Below the pieces are notes generated by a model that worked only from the letters and a program-made list of their open reading frames with translations, was not told the origin of the DNA and did no database searches. A stretch of DNA of 63,407 nt, filler included, from Chiloscyllium plagiosum (Eukaryota), in the NCBI RefSeq assembly GCF_004010195.1. It is 7 parts of 7 records of this genome, joined end to end, with 100 filler letters (N's around TTAATTAATTAA, not from the genome) between each part and the next. Parts side by side here need not be neighbours in the genome. Positions count along the whole stretch, not along the records: positions 54,162 to 63,407 come from NW_025214051.1; 6 more parts are not named here. One strand, given 5' to 3'. Position numbers and translations under genes: made by a program. Positions 60,906-63,407 of this stretch are shown in pieces; the first letter of the stretch is position 1; each line of letters starts with the position of its first letter.

Positions 60906-62796
60906 CCTTGTTCTTTGGTCCCTGCTGTTGAATTGGATTCTCGGGAGCCAGCTCCGTATGAAGAGCCTGTTCTCATTCTTTTGTTGGAGTCCATGGGGCA
61001 GCTGCTGCTTCCTTGCTACGTCACTGATCAAACCAACAATGTGGAAAGCCTCTTGATATTTTAAATACACTGTCTGCAGGAAAATGTTTGGCTGAGGTTT
61101 TAATGTTATTTAATAAGATAATGACGTCAATACACCAGTGTTGTTTACGGCTCGGAACATTTACCATCATGATCCAAGATTTAAATGCACCATCTCTCAC
61201 TCGTGATAATACAGTTTTCAATGTTTCTCTCCCCTGACGTGGTATGAAGAGGTTTGCAAATGTGTTTTGATGAGGACAGTGCATCTTCAACACCATGTGA
61301 CGGAGTGGGTGTCTGGTTGAATTCTCGCTTGTTTTAAATGTGTCAGTGTTACTTTCCCCACTCTCTGGGGGATGTCGCTGCCACTATCCTCACCCCATCC
61401 TTCACTCTCGGGGTGATACCATTTTTAGCATCCTTTCTGTCTGAGAATGTCATTGTTCTTGTCCCTCCCTCTCTCAGGGACTGGGTGGGTGTTTCACATC
61501 CACCTGGTTTGTCAGTTCCATTTACTCTCTTGTGAAATGGGTAATCCCTGTTTTACTCTGGTAAAAGTGAGTTAAACGCCGGCACAGTTCACCCTTCATC
61601 TCCATCATATCTCAGGGCCTAAGGTTGGTCAGTACTGTCTGGCACCAGATCAATCAAACCACTTCCCACAGTTTTCCCTCGTTCCTATCTTTACTGGACA
61701 CCTTGTATCCAGGAATCCCCAATCCCGGATCTCTGTTAGAGCCACAAGATCAGATTTTCACTTGACAATCTGCATTTGTAAACTCCCAATACTGTATTAT
61801 TAACCCATTTCAGTCTGTATCCCATCAATCAGGGTCCCTAATATGCAAAGGCTGTATTTAAATAATCTCAGTGACTGTGGGGACCTGGTGAGGTTGGGAA
61901 CAATCAGAAGGATCAGTCACACCATTTGCATTCTGCACAGGGCTCGGGATTGTGCTCGGGTCTGGGACTGAGGAGCAACAGCGGGGCCTGCAATCTCTGG
62001 TCTTTGTCCCTGATTTGTGGGTCCGCTCTGATGGAGACCATTGTGAAAGCCATAGTCAACATCGCCACCTGCTGATCTGGAGAAGCAAGAACATGCAGTG
62101 CCCGTGGGAATAACCTGAATGTGATCAGAGGACAAGGTCAAAAATCATACCACACCAGGTTATAGTCCAACAGGTTTATTAGAAAATACAATCTTTCGGA
62201 GCCTTGCCCCTTCTTTCAGGTGCTCAGAGGAGCAAACAAGGTGAATTTAATTGACAGAGAAAACAAATTCTGCAGTTCATTTCCTTCTCGGTTGACTCTG
62301 TTCTCCTAAATGACATGAACAAGAGAAAAGGCAAGAATAAAGAATATAAGGACACCACACCAGTGACCTCCGAGTATGTGAAAAATATTTGGTGAGAATA
62401 CTTTCCTGCTTTTTCAATGTTTGGTATCAATTCAAAGCAGAAAGAGTCTTTCTCTCTCCTGCCCTCCTTGAAACGTTTACTGAGATGATCAAACCAAGCA
62501 ACAGTTCATGTGATGGGTTGAGGGGATTGTCTAATGATCGAGGGAGGGGACTGGGTCAGGATTTAGAAGGTTGGGAGGAGATTTCACTGAAACATTTTAA
62601 GTTCTCCAGGGCCCTGACAGGGTAGATTTTGGAAGGATGTGCCCCTGCCTGGGTTTGGAGATGCCGGGGTTGGACTGGGGTGTACAAATTTACAAATCGT
62701 GTGATTTTTAACTTTGTCCCCCCTACCTGGGGATTCTAAAGCAGAGTCGCAGTCTGGGAATAAGGGATTAGGCATTTAGATCAAAGATGAGGAATA

Positions 62797-63070
62797 GGTG
62801 GCACAGTGACGAGCACCACTGTCTTACAGCACCAGGGAGCTGGCTTCCATTCCACCCTGAGGTGATTTTCTTTGTGGAGTTTGCATGTTCTCCCCATGTC
62901 TGAGTGGGTTTCCTCCAGGTGCGCTAGTCTCCATTCTCAGTCCAAGGATGTGCAGGTTAGGTGAACTGGCCATGGGAAGTGTAGGGTTACAGCAATAGGA
63001 GAGGGGTGTGGTTCTGGGTGGAATGCTGCTTGGACTTGATGGCCTTCTTCCACACAGTAGGAATTCTATG
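62797..63070 (+). mobile_element. Degenerate V-SINE (HE1-like)
   Basis: tgtggagtttgcatgttctccccatgtctgagtgggtttcctcc core. Confidence 0.75.
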
Positions 63071-63407
63071 ATCCTACATTGCTGAGTCATGTGTCAGTCG
63101 GTATGGGCAAGGAGAGCAATCTAAAGGACATTGGTGGGACCAATGAAGTTTGCCCCCAACAATGGTCATCATTAGACTCATAATTTCAGAGTTTTTTTTA
63201 GTTTAAATGCCTTGCCAGGATTTGAATGCAGGTCCCCCAGAACATTACTTGGCTCTCTGGATTAACAATCTCGTGATGATCCCACTAGGCCATTTGCCCG
63301 CCGACACGTGGGCAATCTCTATCTTGAATTTATTCAGTTAAAAATCACACAACACCATGTTGTTGCCCAACAGGTTTAATTGGAAGCACACTAGCTTTCG
63401 GAGCGCC

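Noticed and set aside
62802-62808. CACAGTG downstream of C as a kappa-deleting-element RSS
   Set aside because: Part of the SINE tRNA-like head, wrong orientation, no nonamer

Overview
Eukaryotic DNA from a cartilaginous fish, most likely a shark. This is inferred from the NS4-type kappa light-chain clusters, IgNAR/IgW-type constant exons and HE1/V-SINEs. The window is not one contiguous locus: six identical 100-bp spacers (44 N + TTAATTAATTAA + 44 N) join seven separate pieces. (1) 1-10113: Ig kappa cluster with a truncated, RSS-less V, a second V with a 12-RSS, and a J with a 23-RSS. (2) 10214-19074: minus-strand kappa C pseudogene with an L1 inserted at its splice acceptor. (3) 19175-26267: a cysteine-less MHC class I-like alpha2 exon followed directly by a TM exon with no alpha3, plus Rex/Babar, SINE and Penelope remnants. 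(4) 26368-46811: CR1 LINEs and an apparently intact kappa L-V-J cluster ending in the first 42 nt of the C exon. (5) 46912-51497: kappa V pseudogene fused to the J-C intron with J and both RSSs lost. (6) 51598-54061: last two IgNAR (or IgW) constant exons with the secretory tail. (7) 54162-63407: the remainder of a kappa C exon and its 3' flank. The most notable items are the alpha3-less class I-like gene fragment, two fossil junctions resembling aberrant RAG products, and several minimal hammerhead-ribozyme motifs of Penelope-derived repeats. Coordinates for degenerate repeats are approximate.
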